The translations under genes were made by a program, and so were the position numbers. This document shows, one piece after another, positions 35,646-45,300 of a stretch of DNA of 59,564 bases. Position 1 is the stretch's first letter. Each line of letters begins with the position of its first letter. The stretch spans positions 1 through 59,564 of the forward strand of contig JBBIUU010000008.1 of assembly GCA_037440125.1 (NCBI GenBank), written 5' to 3'. This DNA comes from Acidobacteriota bacterium (GTDB lineage: Bacteria > Acidobacteriota > UBA4820 > DSQY01). The notes below the pieces were generated by a model. That model saw nothing but the letters and a program-made list of their open reading frames with translations. It did not search any database and was not told where the DNA came from.

Positions 35646-36353
35646 CTAAGGGGCGGCCGGCGGCGGCGGCGAGGGCCGCGGCGGGGCGGGAGCCGGCGCG
35701 AGCGAGGTGAAGGGGACGTCCATGACGGGGTACTCCTTCCACCCGCGGTAGTCGAAGTGCCACCACTCCGTGGGGTAGACGGAGAAACCCTGCTTCTCCA
35801 TGGCGGACCTGAGGAGGTCGCGGTTCGCCCGCGCCGCCGGGGCGCCGCCCGCGTATACCGGGCATGAGCGCTCGGTCATCTCGTCGAAGCCCGAGGGCAT
35901 CTCCGCGGGGCGGCCGGCGCGCAGGTCGTAGAGCGTGAGGTCCACGGCGCAGCCGCGGTTGTGCACCGAGCCCCTGGCCGGGTCCGCCACGAATTGCTTC
36001 TTGTCCGCGGGCGTGGCGTCCCAGAAGGCCTTCGTGACGGACCACGGGCGGTAGGCGTCCCAGACGAGGAGGACGTACCCCTTCGGCCGGAGGGTCGCGT
36101 TCACGAGGCCGAGGGCGAGGGCCGCCTCCCGGTTGAGGAGGGCGCGCGCGCCGGCGGGGTACATGGCGCGCCCCATGAAGTTGTCCGTCCCGGCGTACTT
36201 CAGATCCACGCGGATGCTCGCGTCCACGCCCTGCACGGGGACGAGGTCGGGCTTCTTTGTGGCGTGAGGGTCCGCGGGCGGAACCTGCGCCGCGAGGGAG
36301 ATGCCCAGGGCGGCGAGGAGCGGAAGGGCCCATCGACGGGAGGGGCCGAGCAT
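35646..36353 (-). CDS. ddpX: D-alanyl-D-alanine dipeptidase (M15D, VanX/DdpX-type) with a signal peptide and a Pro-rich tail
   Basis: 235 aa, MLGPSRRWALPLLAALGISLAAQ...DLKYAGTDNFMGR...VWDAYRPW...ARGSVHNRGCAVDLTL...EWWHFDY. Confidence 0.88.
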   Translation of the reverse strand: MLGPSRRWALPLLAALGISLAAQVPPADPHATKKPDLVPVQGVDASIRVDLKYAGTDNFMGRAMYPAGARALLNREAALALGLVNATLRPKGYVLLVWDAYRPWSVTKAFWDATPADKKQFVADPARGSVHNRGCAVDLTLYDLRAGRPAEMPSGFDEMTERSCPVYAGGAPAARANRDLLRSAMEKQGFSVYPTEWWHFDYRGWKEYPVMDVPFTSLAPAPAPPRPSPPPPAAP

Positions 36354-36367
36354 CGGGAACCCCGTCC

Positions 36368-36664
36368 TCAGATGCCGAGGCCGCTCAGGGTCTCGATGAC
36401 CTGGCCGAGGGCGTAGGCCAGGGCCGGGTGGTCCTCGCCGACGTGCGCCAGGGCGTCCTTCAGCCTCGACCCCAGCGAGCGGTGGGCGTCGGCCGTGGGC
36501 GCGGCCTCCTCCTCCAGGAGCGTGTCGAGCTGGGCGGAGAGCATGTCCAGCTTGGCCTGGAGGGCGTCGTCGGGCACGCGGGTCCGTTCGAGCTCCTCGC
36601 GGAGCTGGCCGAGCAGGTTCCGGAGCCGCTGGACCTCTTCGGGGGGCATCGCGTCGCTCGTCAT
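36368..36664 (-). CDS. DUF4404-like small helical protein
   Basis: ATG at 36664 with AGGAGG 7 nt upstream. 98 aa ending ...HVGEDHPALAYALGQVIETLSGLGI. Family assignment is from memory of the DUF4404 pattern. Confidence 0.6.
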   Translation of the reverse strand: MTSDAMPPEEVQRLRNLLGQLREELERTRVPDDALQAKLDMLSAQLDTLLEEEAAPTADAHRSLGSRLKDALAHVGEDHPALAYALGQVIETLSGLGI

Positions 36665-36681
36665 GAGGTCGCCTCCTGGAC

Positions 36682-37641
36682 TCATTGTATGCCCTGACCC
36701 ACCTGGGTTCCAGGGTGGCCGTCCGCCGGCGCCTCGCCGAACAGGCCGTTCCAGGGCGCGATGCCGTGGCCGGGCCCCTGGTCCCGCATCAGGGCCACGA
36801 CCTCGTCCACCTGCTGGAGGGCGCGCTCGGGCGTGAGAGGCTTGCCCAGATAGCGGTCCTTCACGGCCCGGACCTTTCCGCCGAGGCTCACCCATCGCGC
36901 CACCTGGGGGGGCATCAGGGACGGCGGGAGGCTGCTCGCGAACTGGCACCCGTCCTCGCGCATCCTCAGTGGCCCGGCGCCCTCGCAGGCGCGCTTCAGC
37001 CCCTCGACGAGCTCCGCGGGCGTGCCCGCCGCGTAGTCGGGGAGGAGGTCGAACCGGTTCACGAGGCCCGCGATCATGGGGTTGTCCCAACCCGTGCCCT
37101 TGTGCGCGCCGCCCGGCAGGAGGCGCGCGTCGTCGCTCTTGTAGAACCACATGGGGCGGCCGTAGGCGTAGGCCACGGAGGCCTCCATGACCGTGCCCGC
37201 GTCGGGGTTCACGGAGCAGTCCGCGAAGTGGTTCAGGTCGCACGCTACGGCGCTGCAATCCTGCAGGAGGCGGTACATGTCCAGGGCGAAGACCGCGACC
37301 ATCATCTCCCGCTTGGCCTGCATGACCTGCGCCGGGGTGCGGCCGCTCTTCTCGAGGGCCTCGAAGAGGATCACGAGCGAGAAGCCGTCGTCGATGGGGA
37401 GGTAGGTCTCGAAGCCCGCCTCGCGCAGGCCCTTCGCCAGGGCGCGCATCTCGTGGAAATCCTTCGGGCCGCCCATGGGCCCCGCGCAGTAGACCTTCAC
37501 CCTGCAGGTCGGCGAGGGCGCGGGTTTCGGCCCGGGCTGCGGGGCGGGGTCCGCCGCGGCGGTTATCAGCGACACGGCGCTCAGACCGGCGGCTGCGAGC
37601 GCCATGCGGACTAGCGCCGCGAGATCGAAGCCGCGCCTCAA
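36682..37641 (-). CDS. Nucleoside 2-deoxyribosyltransferase-like (PF05014-type fold) protein with an N-terminal export signal (possible Tat motif) and a C-terminal extension of about 150 aa
   Basis: TTG at 37641 overlaps the OPT stop as TTGA, with GGAGG upstream. An alternative ATG lies at 37605. The product begins (M)RRGFDLAALVRMALAAAGLSAVSLITAAADPAPQPGPKPAPSP. NDT-like motifs are VYCAGPMGG and DAGTVMEASVAYAYGRPMWFYKSDDAR...NPMIAG. Confidence 0.65.
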   Translation of the reverse strand: MRRGFDLAALVRMALAAAGLSAVSLITAAADPAPQPGPKPAPSPTCRVKVYCAGPMGGPKDFHEMRALAKGLREAGFETYLPIDDGFSLVILFEALEKSGRTPAQVMQAKREMMVAVFALDMYRLLQDCSAVACDLNHFADCSVNPDAGTVMEASVAYAYGRPMWFYKSDDARLLPGGAHKGTGWDNPMIAGLVNRFDLLPDYAAGTPAELVEGLKRACEGAGPLRMREDGCQFASSLPPSLMPPQVARWVSLGGKVRAVKDRYLGKPLTPERALQQVDEVVALMRDQGPGHGIAPWNGLFGEAPADGHPGTQVGQGIQ

Positions 37642-39704
37642 ACATCCCCCTCCGGTTTGGCCCGCCGCGCGTAGAGCACGAGGAAGAGGCAGAGGCCCAC
37701 GAGGCCGATCAGCGCAAGCCACTCGCCGGACGCGCCCTCGAAGGCGGCGTCGCCGAGCAGGTGCACGACCGACTTGGCCTCCATGGTCCCCGTGCTCATC
37801 TTGATGATGGCGTTGATGACCGCGTCCACAACGCCCATGATGGCGCCGCCCGCCATGAGACCCGAGGCGATGAGGATGCCCCGCTCCATCCGCGGCTTCA
37901 CGTCGGAGTCGCTCTCGCCCGCCTTCCGGTGCGCCACGACCCAGCTCAGGATGCCGCCGAGGAGGACCGAGGTGTTGAGCTCCATGGGGAGGTACATGCC
38001 GAGGGCGAAGGCCAGCGCGGGCACGCCCACCATGCGGAGCAGGAGGCTGAGGACCACACCCAGGCCGAAGAGGTACCACTGGAGCGGCGCTGTCGTGGCG
38101 CCGAAGATGCCCACGAGGATCTCCTTCATGGCGGAGGCCTGGGGCGCGGGGATGGCGTTCGTGCCGAAGCCCTGGCTCGGGTCGGCCTGCGCCATGACCC
38201 ACATGGCCAGGCCGCAGAAGGTGGCGGCCACGGCTGTGCCCGCGAACTTGAGGCCGAGCTGCCGCGCCGGCGTGGCGCCGAGCCAGTGGCCGATCTTGAG
38301 GTCCGAGGAGAGGGCGCCGGAGGCCGCGAGCGCCGTGCAGACCACGCCGCCCACCATCATGGTGACGAACATGCCCATGCCGCCGCTGAGGCCCAGCCTG
38401 AGCATGACGAACCCCGTGACGATGAGGGTCAGCATCGTCATGCCCGACACGGGGTTGGTGCCGATGATGGCGATGGCCCGCGCCGCCACGGGCGCGAAGA
38501 GGAAGGCGATGGCCATGACGAGGGCTGTCCCGACGAAGGCCGGGACGACCGAATCTTTCAGCCCGATGCCGAAGGAGAAGAAGGTCAGCGCCGCCACGGC
38601 GAAGACCACGAGCCCCGCCGCCACGAAGGAGCCCGGGAGGGAGCGGTCCACGCGGGGCACCTCGGCCTTGGCGCGCCGGTCCTGGCTCTTGAGGCCCTTC
38701 AGGTTCGCCACGATGGAGCGGACCATGGAGGGCAGGCTGCTCGCCACACCCATGATGCCCGCGCCCGCGATGCCGCCCACGCCGATGATCTTCACGTAGG
38801 CCCGGAAGACCTCGTCGGGACTCATGTCGGCGATGAGCTTGGCGCCCGGCGCCACGACCTCGGGGATGTGCGACCCGAGGGCGTGCACCATCGGCACGAG
38901 CACGAGGTACGAGAGGAAGGACCCCGCGGCGATGATGGCCGAGTAGCGCAGGCCGATGATGTAGCCGATGCCCACGAGGGCCGCGTTGTTCAGGAGGCGG
39001 AAGGTCATGAACTGGCCCGAGAGCACCTTGCCCAGACCCATGGTCTTGAAGGTGATCTGCTCGGCCATGCCGTGGAGCGTGGCGACGACGCCGTCGTAGA
39101 GGGCGCCCACGCCCGCCGCGATGGCGAGGATCTTGGCCTGGCTCCCCACGCGCTCGCCGGAGACGAGGATCTCCGTCGTGGCCGTCCCCTCGGGCCAAGG
39201 GAACTGCCCGTGCATCTCCACCAGGAGGTGGTACCTCAGCGGGATCAGGAAGAGGATGCCCAGGCAGCCGCCCAGGAAGGAGACCACCACCACCTGCCAG
39301 ACGCTCGGCATGGGCACGCCCGAGCCGGCCTGGGCCGCGAGCATGTAGAGCGCGGGGATGGTAAAGACGGCGCCCGCCACCACGTGCGAGGAGTTGGCGC
39401 CGATGGACTGGACGATGACGTTCTCCAGGAGGGAGTTCCTCCTGCTGAAGAACCTCGAGATGCCGATCGTCAGGATGGAGATGGGGATGGCGGCCTCGAT
39501 GCCCTGGCCCACTTTGAGCGCCAGGTACGCCGCCGCCATGGAGAAGATGGCGCAGAAGATGAGGCCCATGGTGACGGAGCGGGCGGTCACCTCGGGGACG
39601 CCCGTCTCGTCGGGGACGACGGGGACGTACTTCTCTCCGGGCTTGAGCGGCCGCCTGGCGTTGTCCGGAAGGCCCGTGATGCGATCGACAGGTTCGTGGC
39701 TCAT
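37638..39704 (-). CDS. OPT-family oligopeptide transporter
   Basis: 688 aa, polytopic. LTARSVTMGLIFCAIFSMAAAYLALKVGQGIEAAIPISIL... and other OPT-typical segments. Confidence 0.88.
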   Translation of the reverse strand: MSHEPVDRITGLPDNARRPLKPGEKYVPVVPDETGVPEVTARSVTMGLIFCAIFSMAAAYLALKVGQGIEAAIPISILTIGISRFFSRRNSLLENVIVQSIGANSSHVVAGAVFTIPALYMLAAQAGSGVPMPSVWQVVVVSFLGGCLGILFLIPLRYHLLVEMHGQFPWPEGTATTEILVSGERVGSQAKILAIAAGVGALYDGVVATLHGMAEQITFKTMGLGKVLSGQFMTFRLLNNAALVGIGYIIGLRYSAIIAAGSFLSYLVLVPMVHALGSHIPEVVAPGAKLIADMSPDEVFRAYVKIIGVGGIAGAGIMGVASSLPSMVRSIVANLKGLKSQDRRAKAEVPRVDRSLPGSFVAAGLVVFAVAALTFFSFGIGLKDSVVPAFVGTALVMAIAFLFAPVAARAIAIIGTNPVSGMTMLTLIVTGFVMLRLGLSGGMGMFVTMMVGGVVCTALAASGALSSDLKIGHWLGATPARQLGLKFAGTAVAATFCGLAMWVMAQADPSQGFGTNAIPAPQASAMKEILVGIFGATTAPLQWYLFGLGVVLSLLLRMVGVPALAFALGMYLPMELNTSVLLGGILSWVVAHRKAGESDSDVKPRMERGILIASGLMAGGAIMGVVDAVINAIIKMSTGTMEAKSVVHLLGDAAFEGASGEWLALIGLVGLCLFLVLYARRAKPEGDV

Positions 39705-39846
39705 GTCCCCTCCCCCATCCGCCGAGAGGAGCAGGCCGTGAGGGCTTGCTCCCCTGGGAATCAGGGAGAGGATATCACGGGCCGGGGCTCGCGCCGCGAG
39801 AGCACCCGCCGCCGGCCGCGACGGTCTTCGTGTCGCTACGGGCGCC

Positions 39847-40038
39847 TCAGCGCTTCTTCCGGGCCCCGTTGCGAAGTCCCGCGGAGGGTTTCTTGGCGGG
39901 GGCGGCTCCCCCGCGATCGAGGCTGTCGAGGGCCGCGTTCTCGTGGGAGAAGGTCAGCTCGACGCGCTCGCTGATATGGCTCTGGCGGTGGGCGTGGCGG
40001 TGATCGTGGCCGTGTCCGTGCTTGTGGGAACCGGTCAT
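39847..40038 (-). CDS. His-rich small protein (63 aa)
   Basis: Strong RBS (AGGAGG, then 5 nt, then ATG). MTGSHKHGHGHDHRHAHRQSHISERVELTFSHENAALDSLDRGG...KKR. No family recognised. Confidence 0.5.
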   Translation of the reverse strand: MTGSHKHGHGHDHRHAHRQSHISERVELTFSHENAALDSLDRGGAAPAKKPSAGLRNGARKKR

Positions 40039-40135
40039 GGAAGCCTCCTCTTCGCCAACTCGTACGAGGGTAACGGAGGCTCCGGAGAGGCTATTCCCGG
40101 CCCCTGCTGGGCTACAATGTGACCGCGAGGTGAGG

Positions 40136-41275
40136 ATGGGCAGGGCCTACCGGCTCGCCATCGTGGCGGGCGAACATTCGGGCGACGCCCACGGGGGAAA
40201 CCTCGTGAGGGCCTTCGGGGAGGCGTGCCCGGGCTCCGCGTGGTTCGGCGCCGGCGGGCCCGTGCTCTCGGCGGCGGGGGCCGAGATCCTCGTCCCCATG
40301 GAGAAGCTCGCCGTGGTGGGCATCAGCGAGGTCCTCGCCCACCTGCCCGACCTCTGGCGCGAGATGGGCCAGCTCAAGGCCGCCCTCGCCGAGCGCCGCC
40401 CCGACGCCCTCGTCCTCGTGGACTTCCCCGACTTCAACTTCCGTCTGGCGCGGTACGCGAAGGGCCTCGGCATCCCGGTGGTCTACTACATCACGCCGCA
40501 GGTCTGGGCCTGGCGCCAGGGCCGCACGGAGTTCCTGAAGCGCTACGTGGACCGGGCACTCGTCATCCTCCCCTTCGAGGAGGCCTTCCTCCGCGAGCGC
40601 GGCGTGGACGCCGTCTTCGTGGGGCATCCCCTCGTGGACACGGCCGTCGCCGGCACACCCCTCGAGGACTTCCTTTCGAGGCACGGGCTGTCCGCTTCCA
40701 CCCCGCGGGTGGCCCTCCTTCCGGGCAGCCGCGCCTCCGAGGTGAAGAGGAACCTCCCCGCCCTCGCGGGTGCCGCCAGGATCCTGGCCGACCGGAAGCC
40801 CGCCCCCGCCCTCCTCGTGCCGTGGGCCGAGGGGCTCCCCGACGTCCTCAGGGAGTCCTTCCAGGACGCGCCCGTGCGCTGGGTCTCGGGCGAGTACCAC
40901 GACGTCCTGGGCCATGCGGACGCCGCCGCCGTGGCTTCGGGGACGGCCACCCTCGAGGCGGCCCTCATGGGCGTGCCCGAGGTCATCGTCTACCGCCTGA
41001 AGGCGATCTCTTACGCCATCGGGAGGAGGCTCGTGAAGCTCGAGCGCGTGGGCCTGCCCAACGTGGTCCTCGGCGAGGCCGTCATCCCCGAGCTCATCCA
41101 GGCCGACTTCACGCCCGAACGCCTGGCTGCGGAACTCTCCGCCCTCCTCGACGACCCCTCGTCCAAGCAGAAGGCAAGGGCGCTCGCACGGAGGCTGCAA
41201 ACGGCCCTGGGCCGAGGTCACGCCTCGGCCCGGGCCGCTTCCGAACTTCTTAAATTCTTAGAGGGATTGAGCTAG
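40136..41275 (+). CDS. lpxB: Lipid-A-disaccharide synthase
   Basis: ATG at 40136 after GAGGTGAGG. MGRAYRLAIVAGEHSGDAHGGNLVRAF...LVDFPDFNFRLARYAKGLGIPVVYYITPQVWAWRQGR... Confidence 0.93.
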   Translation: MGRAYRLAIVAGEHSGDAHGGNLVRAFGEACPGSAWFGAGGPVLSAAGAEILVPMEKLAVVGISEVLAHLPDLWREMGQLKAALAERRPDALVLVDFPDFNFRLARYAKGLGIPVVYYITPQVWAWRQGRTEFLKRYVDRALVILPFEEAFLRERGVDAVFVGHPLVDTAVAGTPLEDFLSRHGLSASTPRVALLPGSRASEVKRNLPALAGAARILADRKPAPALLVPWAEGLPDVLRESFQDAPVRWVSGEYHDVLGHADAAAVASGTATLEAALMGVPEVIVYRLKAISYAIGRRLVKLERVGLPNVVLGEAVIPELIQADFTPERLAAELSALLDDPSSKQKARALARRLQTALGRGHASARAASELLKFLEGLS

Positions 41276-41285
41276 GAGGCTTGTT

Positions 41286-41320
41286 TCTCCGGCTCCCCGG
41301 CTCTCCGGCTCGCCGGCTCT
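41286..41320. repeat. Tandem 8-mer array of the CCGGCTCN family, between the convergent lpxB and rpmB
   Basis: tctccggc tccccggc tctccggc tcgccggc tct. Confidence 0.7.
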
Positions 41321-41328
41321 ATCCCTAC

Positions 41329-41520
41329 TCAGCCTGCCTTCGTGACCTTGCCAGCCTTGATGCACTTGGTGCAGACGCGCATCGTCTTGGTCTGGCCGTT
41401 CACGCTGGCGCGGACCGACTGCAGGTTGGGAAGCCAGCGCCGCTTGGTCTTGTTGTTGGCGTGGCTGACGTTGTTGCCGGTGCTCGGCTTCTTCCCGCAG
41501 ATCTCGCATTCCCTGGCCAT
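41329..41520 (-). CDS. rpmB: 50S ribosomal protein L28 (Cys-containing form)
   Basis: ATG at 41520 inside the track [66 protein letters not shown]. Confidence 0.92.
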   Translation of the reverse strand: MARECEICGKKPSTGNNVSHANNKTKRRWLPNLQSVRASVNGQTKTMRVCTKCIKAGKVTKAG

Positions 41521-41610
41521 TGTGAAACTCCTTCCACGAACGCTCAATATACCAGAGGAGCGCCCTTTTTGCAATAACCCCTTGATGGGACTGGAGGTCC
41601 GGCCCGGCCG

Positions 41611-42171
41611 TCAGGGCTTCGGCGGCGCAACCGGCGAGGGGGCCTTGGCGTCCTTCCAGAGCTTCACGAACCGGGCCACGAGCGAGTTGGACAGGGATAC
41701 CAGGTCGCCGGCGGAGACGTTGCTCGTCCTGAGGGATTCGGTCCACACGACGCGCTTGTCCAGGAGGAAGTCGGCCCGGACCTCGCACGCGCGGGAGGCG
41801 TTGGGGGAGTGCTCGTACCGGTGCTCCTTGCCGCTCTCGTCGACGCCCGAGCCGGGCTCGTTAATGGGCGGCGGGGGGCGCCAGTAGTCGAAATCCGCCC
41901 CGCAGTCGGCCTCGATCTTGAAGACCGCCGGCGCCTTCGCGTCGGTCGTGAGCGCGGGGCCGCCCTCCCTCACGAAGGCCACCGCGGCTTCCCGAAGGAC
42001 GTTCTTGTTCGGGCATTCGATGCGCAGGACGCTCACCGCGGCCACACGCCCCGCGTCCGCCGGCGCAAGCCCCGCGGCGGGTTTGGGACCCTCCGCACAT
42101 GCGCCCAGGAGGAGGAGCGCCGCCGCGGCGCGCCACCCCGTCCACATGAACCACCGGGACTCCAGCGCCAT
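41611..42171 (-). CDS. Hypothetical lipoprotein
   Basis: 186 aa with a lipobox-like signal ...AAALLLLGAC. No family recognised. Confidence 0.6.
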   Translation of the reverse strand: MALESRWFMWTGWRAAAALLLLGACAEGPKPAAGLAPADAGRVAAVSVLRIECPNKNVLREAAVAFVREGGPALTTDAKAPAVFKIEADCGADFDYWRPPPPINEPGSGVDESGKEHRYEHSPNASRACEVRADFLLDKRVVWTESLRTSNVSAGDLVSLSNSLVARFVKLWKDAKAPSPVAPPKP

Positions 42172-42314
42172 GGGATCCTCCGAGCAGAATATAGCGCCGT
42201 CGCGGATCCGAGACTATCCCCCTTCCGCCTTCGGCGTGTTATAAGAAATCCGTTCCCCCACCGCGACGTTCTCCCATCTGGAGCCCGCGGCACGGGCCCA
42301 GGTCCGGAGGCCCC

Positions 42315-45300
42315 ATGAACGAACGGTCCGAACAGCTCGTGGAACTCCTGCAGGAGCGCATCGCGGTCCTGGACGGGAGCACGGGCGTGTTCCTGCAGAC
42401 CCAGGGGCTCTCGGCCGCGGACTTCGGCGGGACGGACCTCGAGGGGTGCAACGAGGCGCTCGTCCTGAGCCGCCCCGACGTGGTCCGGGCCGTGCACGAC
42501 GCGTACCTCCGGGCCGGCGCCCACATCGTCGAGACGGACACCTTCGGGGGCACGCCCCTCGTCCTGGCCGAGTACGACCTCGATGAGACCACCGTGGAGA
42601 TCAACCGCGGCGCGGCGCGCATCGCGAGGGAGGCCTGCGCGGCGTGGGCCACGCCCTCGCGCCCCCGCTTCGTGGCGGGGTCCATGGGCCCCACGACGAA
42701 GGCCATCTCGGTCACGGGCGGCGCCACCTTCGAGGAGATGGTGGGGCACTACCGTCTGCAGGCCATCGGCCTCCTCGAGGGCGGCGCGGATCTCCTCCTC
42801 CTCGAGACCATGCAGGACACGCGCAACCTCAAGGCGGGCCTCATCGCCGTCCGCCGGGCCATGGACGAGACGGGGCTCGAGGTGCCCGTGTCGGTCTCGG
42901 TCACCGTGGAACGGAGCGGCACCCTGCTCGCGGGTCAGGGCGTGGAGGCCCTCTACGCCTCGGTCATGCACGCGCCCATGCTCTCCATCGGCCTGAACTG
43001 CGCCACGGGGCCCGACCTCATGGCGAGCCACCTGCGGGCCCTCTCGGGGATCGCGAAGACGAGGATCTCGTGCTACCCGAACGCCGGGCTGCCCGACGAG
43101 AACGGGAGGTACCCGGAGACTCCGACGACGCTGGCCCAGCAGCTCGCGCGCTTCGCGGCGGAGGGCTGGCTCAACCTCGTGGGCGGGTGTTGCGGCACCA
43201 CCCCGGCGCACGTCGAGGCGCTCGCGGACGCCATGGAGGACTTCGCGCCCCGGCGCGTCCCCGACCACCACCGGTGCTTCCTCTCGGGCATCGACTTCCT
43301 CGAGGTGGAGGCGGAGAACCGCCCCGTGCTCGTGGGCGAGCGCACGAACGTCCTGGGGAGCCGCGCCTTCAAGGCCCGCATCGCCTCGGGCGATTTCGAG
43401 GGCGCCGCCGAGGTCGGGAGGGCCCAGGTGCGCTCCGGCGCCCAGGTCGTGGACGTCTGCCTGCAGGACCCCGACCGGGACGAGATGGCTGACGCGACGG
43501 CCTTCTTCGAGCGCGCCGCGAAGATGGTGCGGGCCCCCTTCATGATCGACTCCACGAGCCCCGACGTCATGGAGCGCGCGCTGACGCTGTGTCAGGGAAA
43601 GTCCCTCCTCAATTCGGTGAACCTGGAGGACGGCGAAACGCGCCTCGAGCGCGTGGTGCCCCTGGCGCTGACCTACGGCGCCGCCCTCGTGGTGGGCACC
43701 ATCGACGAGGACCCCGCGCAGGGCATGGCCGTGACGCGGGAGCGCAAGCTCGCCGTGGCCCGCCGCGCCTACGCGCTCCTCACCGAAAAGTACGGCCTGG
43801 CGCCCGAGGACATCGTCTTCGACCCCCTCGTCTTCCCCTGCGGCACGGGCGACGCCGCCTACCGCGGCAGCGCCGTGGAGACCCTCGAGGGCCTGCGCCT
43901 CATCAAGGCGGAGTTCCCCGAAGCCAAGACCGTCCTGGGCATCTCCAACGTCAGCTTCGGCCTGCCGGAGGCGGGGCGCGAGGTCCTCAACAGCGTCTTC
44001 CTGTACCACGCCACGCTCGCGGGGCTGGACCTTGCCATCGTGAACGCGCAGCGCCTCCAGCGCTACCCGTCCATCTCCGAGGAGGACCGGCGCCTCGCCG
44101 AGGACCTCCTCTTCGACCGCGGCGAGGACCCCCTCGGCGCGTTCAGCGCCCACTTCAAGGGCCGCAAGCGCGACGCGAAGCCCGCGGCCCCCGCGGGAAC
44201 GCCCCTCGAGCGCCTCCCGCGCTACATCGTGGAGGGTACGAAGGAGGGGTTGATCGAGGACCTGGAGGCGGTGCGCTCGGGCGGCATGGCGCCCCTGGAC
44301 ATCGTCAACGGCCCCCTCATGGGCGGCATGGCCGAGGTGGGGCGCCTCTTCAACCAGAACCAGCTCATCGTGGCGGAGGTCCTCCAGTCCGCGGAGGCTA
44401 TGAAGGCCGCCGTCGCCCACCTCGAGCGCTTCATGGAGCGCTCCGAGGGCGCCCGCAAGGGCAAGGTCCTCCTCGCCACCGTGAAGGGCGACGTGCACGA
44501 CATCGGCAAGAACCTCGTGGACATCATCTTCTCCAACAACGGCTACGAGGTCGTGAACCTGGGCATCAAGGTGCCCCCCGAAAAGCTCGTGGAGGCCTTC
44601 CGGGAGCACCGCCCCGACGTCATCGGGCTCAGCGGCCTGCTCGTGAAGAGCGCCCACCAGATGGTCACGACGGCGGAGGACTTCACCGCCGCGGGCGTCA
44701 CGCCCCCCATGCTGGTGGGTGGCGCGGCCCTCACGCAGAAGTTCACGGACCTCAAGATCGCCGCGGCCTACGGCGGGTTCGTGGACTACGCCGCCGACGC
44801 CATGGACGGTCTGCGGCTCCTGCTGCGCCTCACGGACCGCGAGGAGCGGGCGCGCTACGAGCTCGAGGTCGCGGCGCGGCGCACGTCCCTGGTCCCGGCG
44901 CCCTTGGACCCCGAGCAGGAGCTCCTCGAGGCGCCCGCCGTGCGCAGCCCGCGCATCGCCCTGGAACCGCCCCTCCCTCCGCCCGACGGCGAGGAGCACC
45001 TCCTCGAGAGCCTGGACCTCGACGAGGTCTGGGCCTACCTCAACGAGCAGATGCTCTACGGCAAGCACCTGGGGCTGAGAGGCAGCTTCCGGAAGCTCCG
45101 CGACGCCGGTGACCCGAGGGCGGTGGAGCTCGAGGCGGTGATGGACGAGGTGAAGTCCTCGGGGTGGTTGAGCGCGAGCGCGCTCTACCGGTTCTTCCCC
45201 GCGGCCTCCGACGGGAACAGACTGTTGATCGGCGCCCACGATCGTCCCTCGGCGGTCTTCACCTTCCCGAGGCAGCGCACGGGCGACCGCGAGTGCATCG

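Noticed and set aside
42172-42314. A possible cobalamin, SAM or SAH riboswitch in the 143-nt leader of metH.
   Set aside because: I could not find the B12 box or the conserved SAM/SAH core sequences by eye. Only a covariance-model scan (Infernal/Rfam) could decide, so no call is made.
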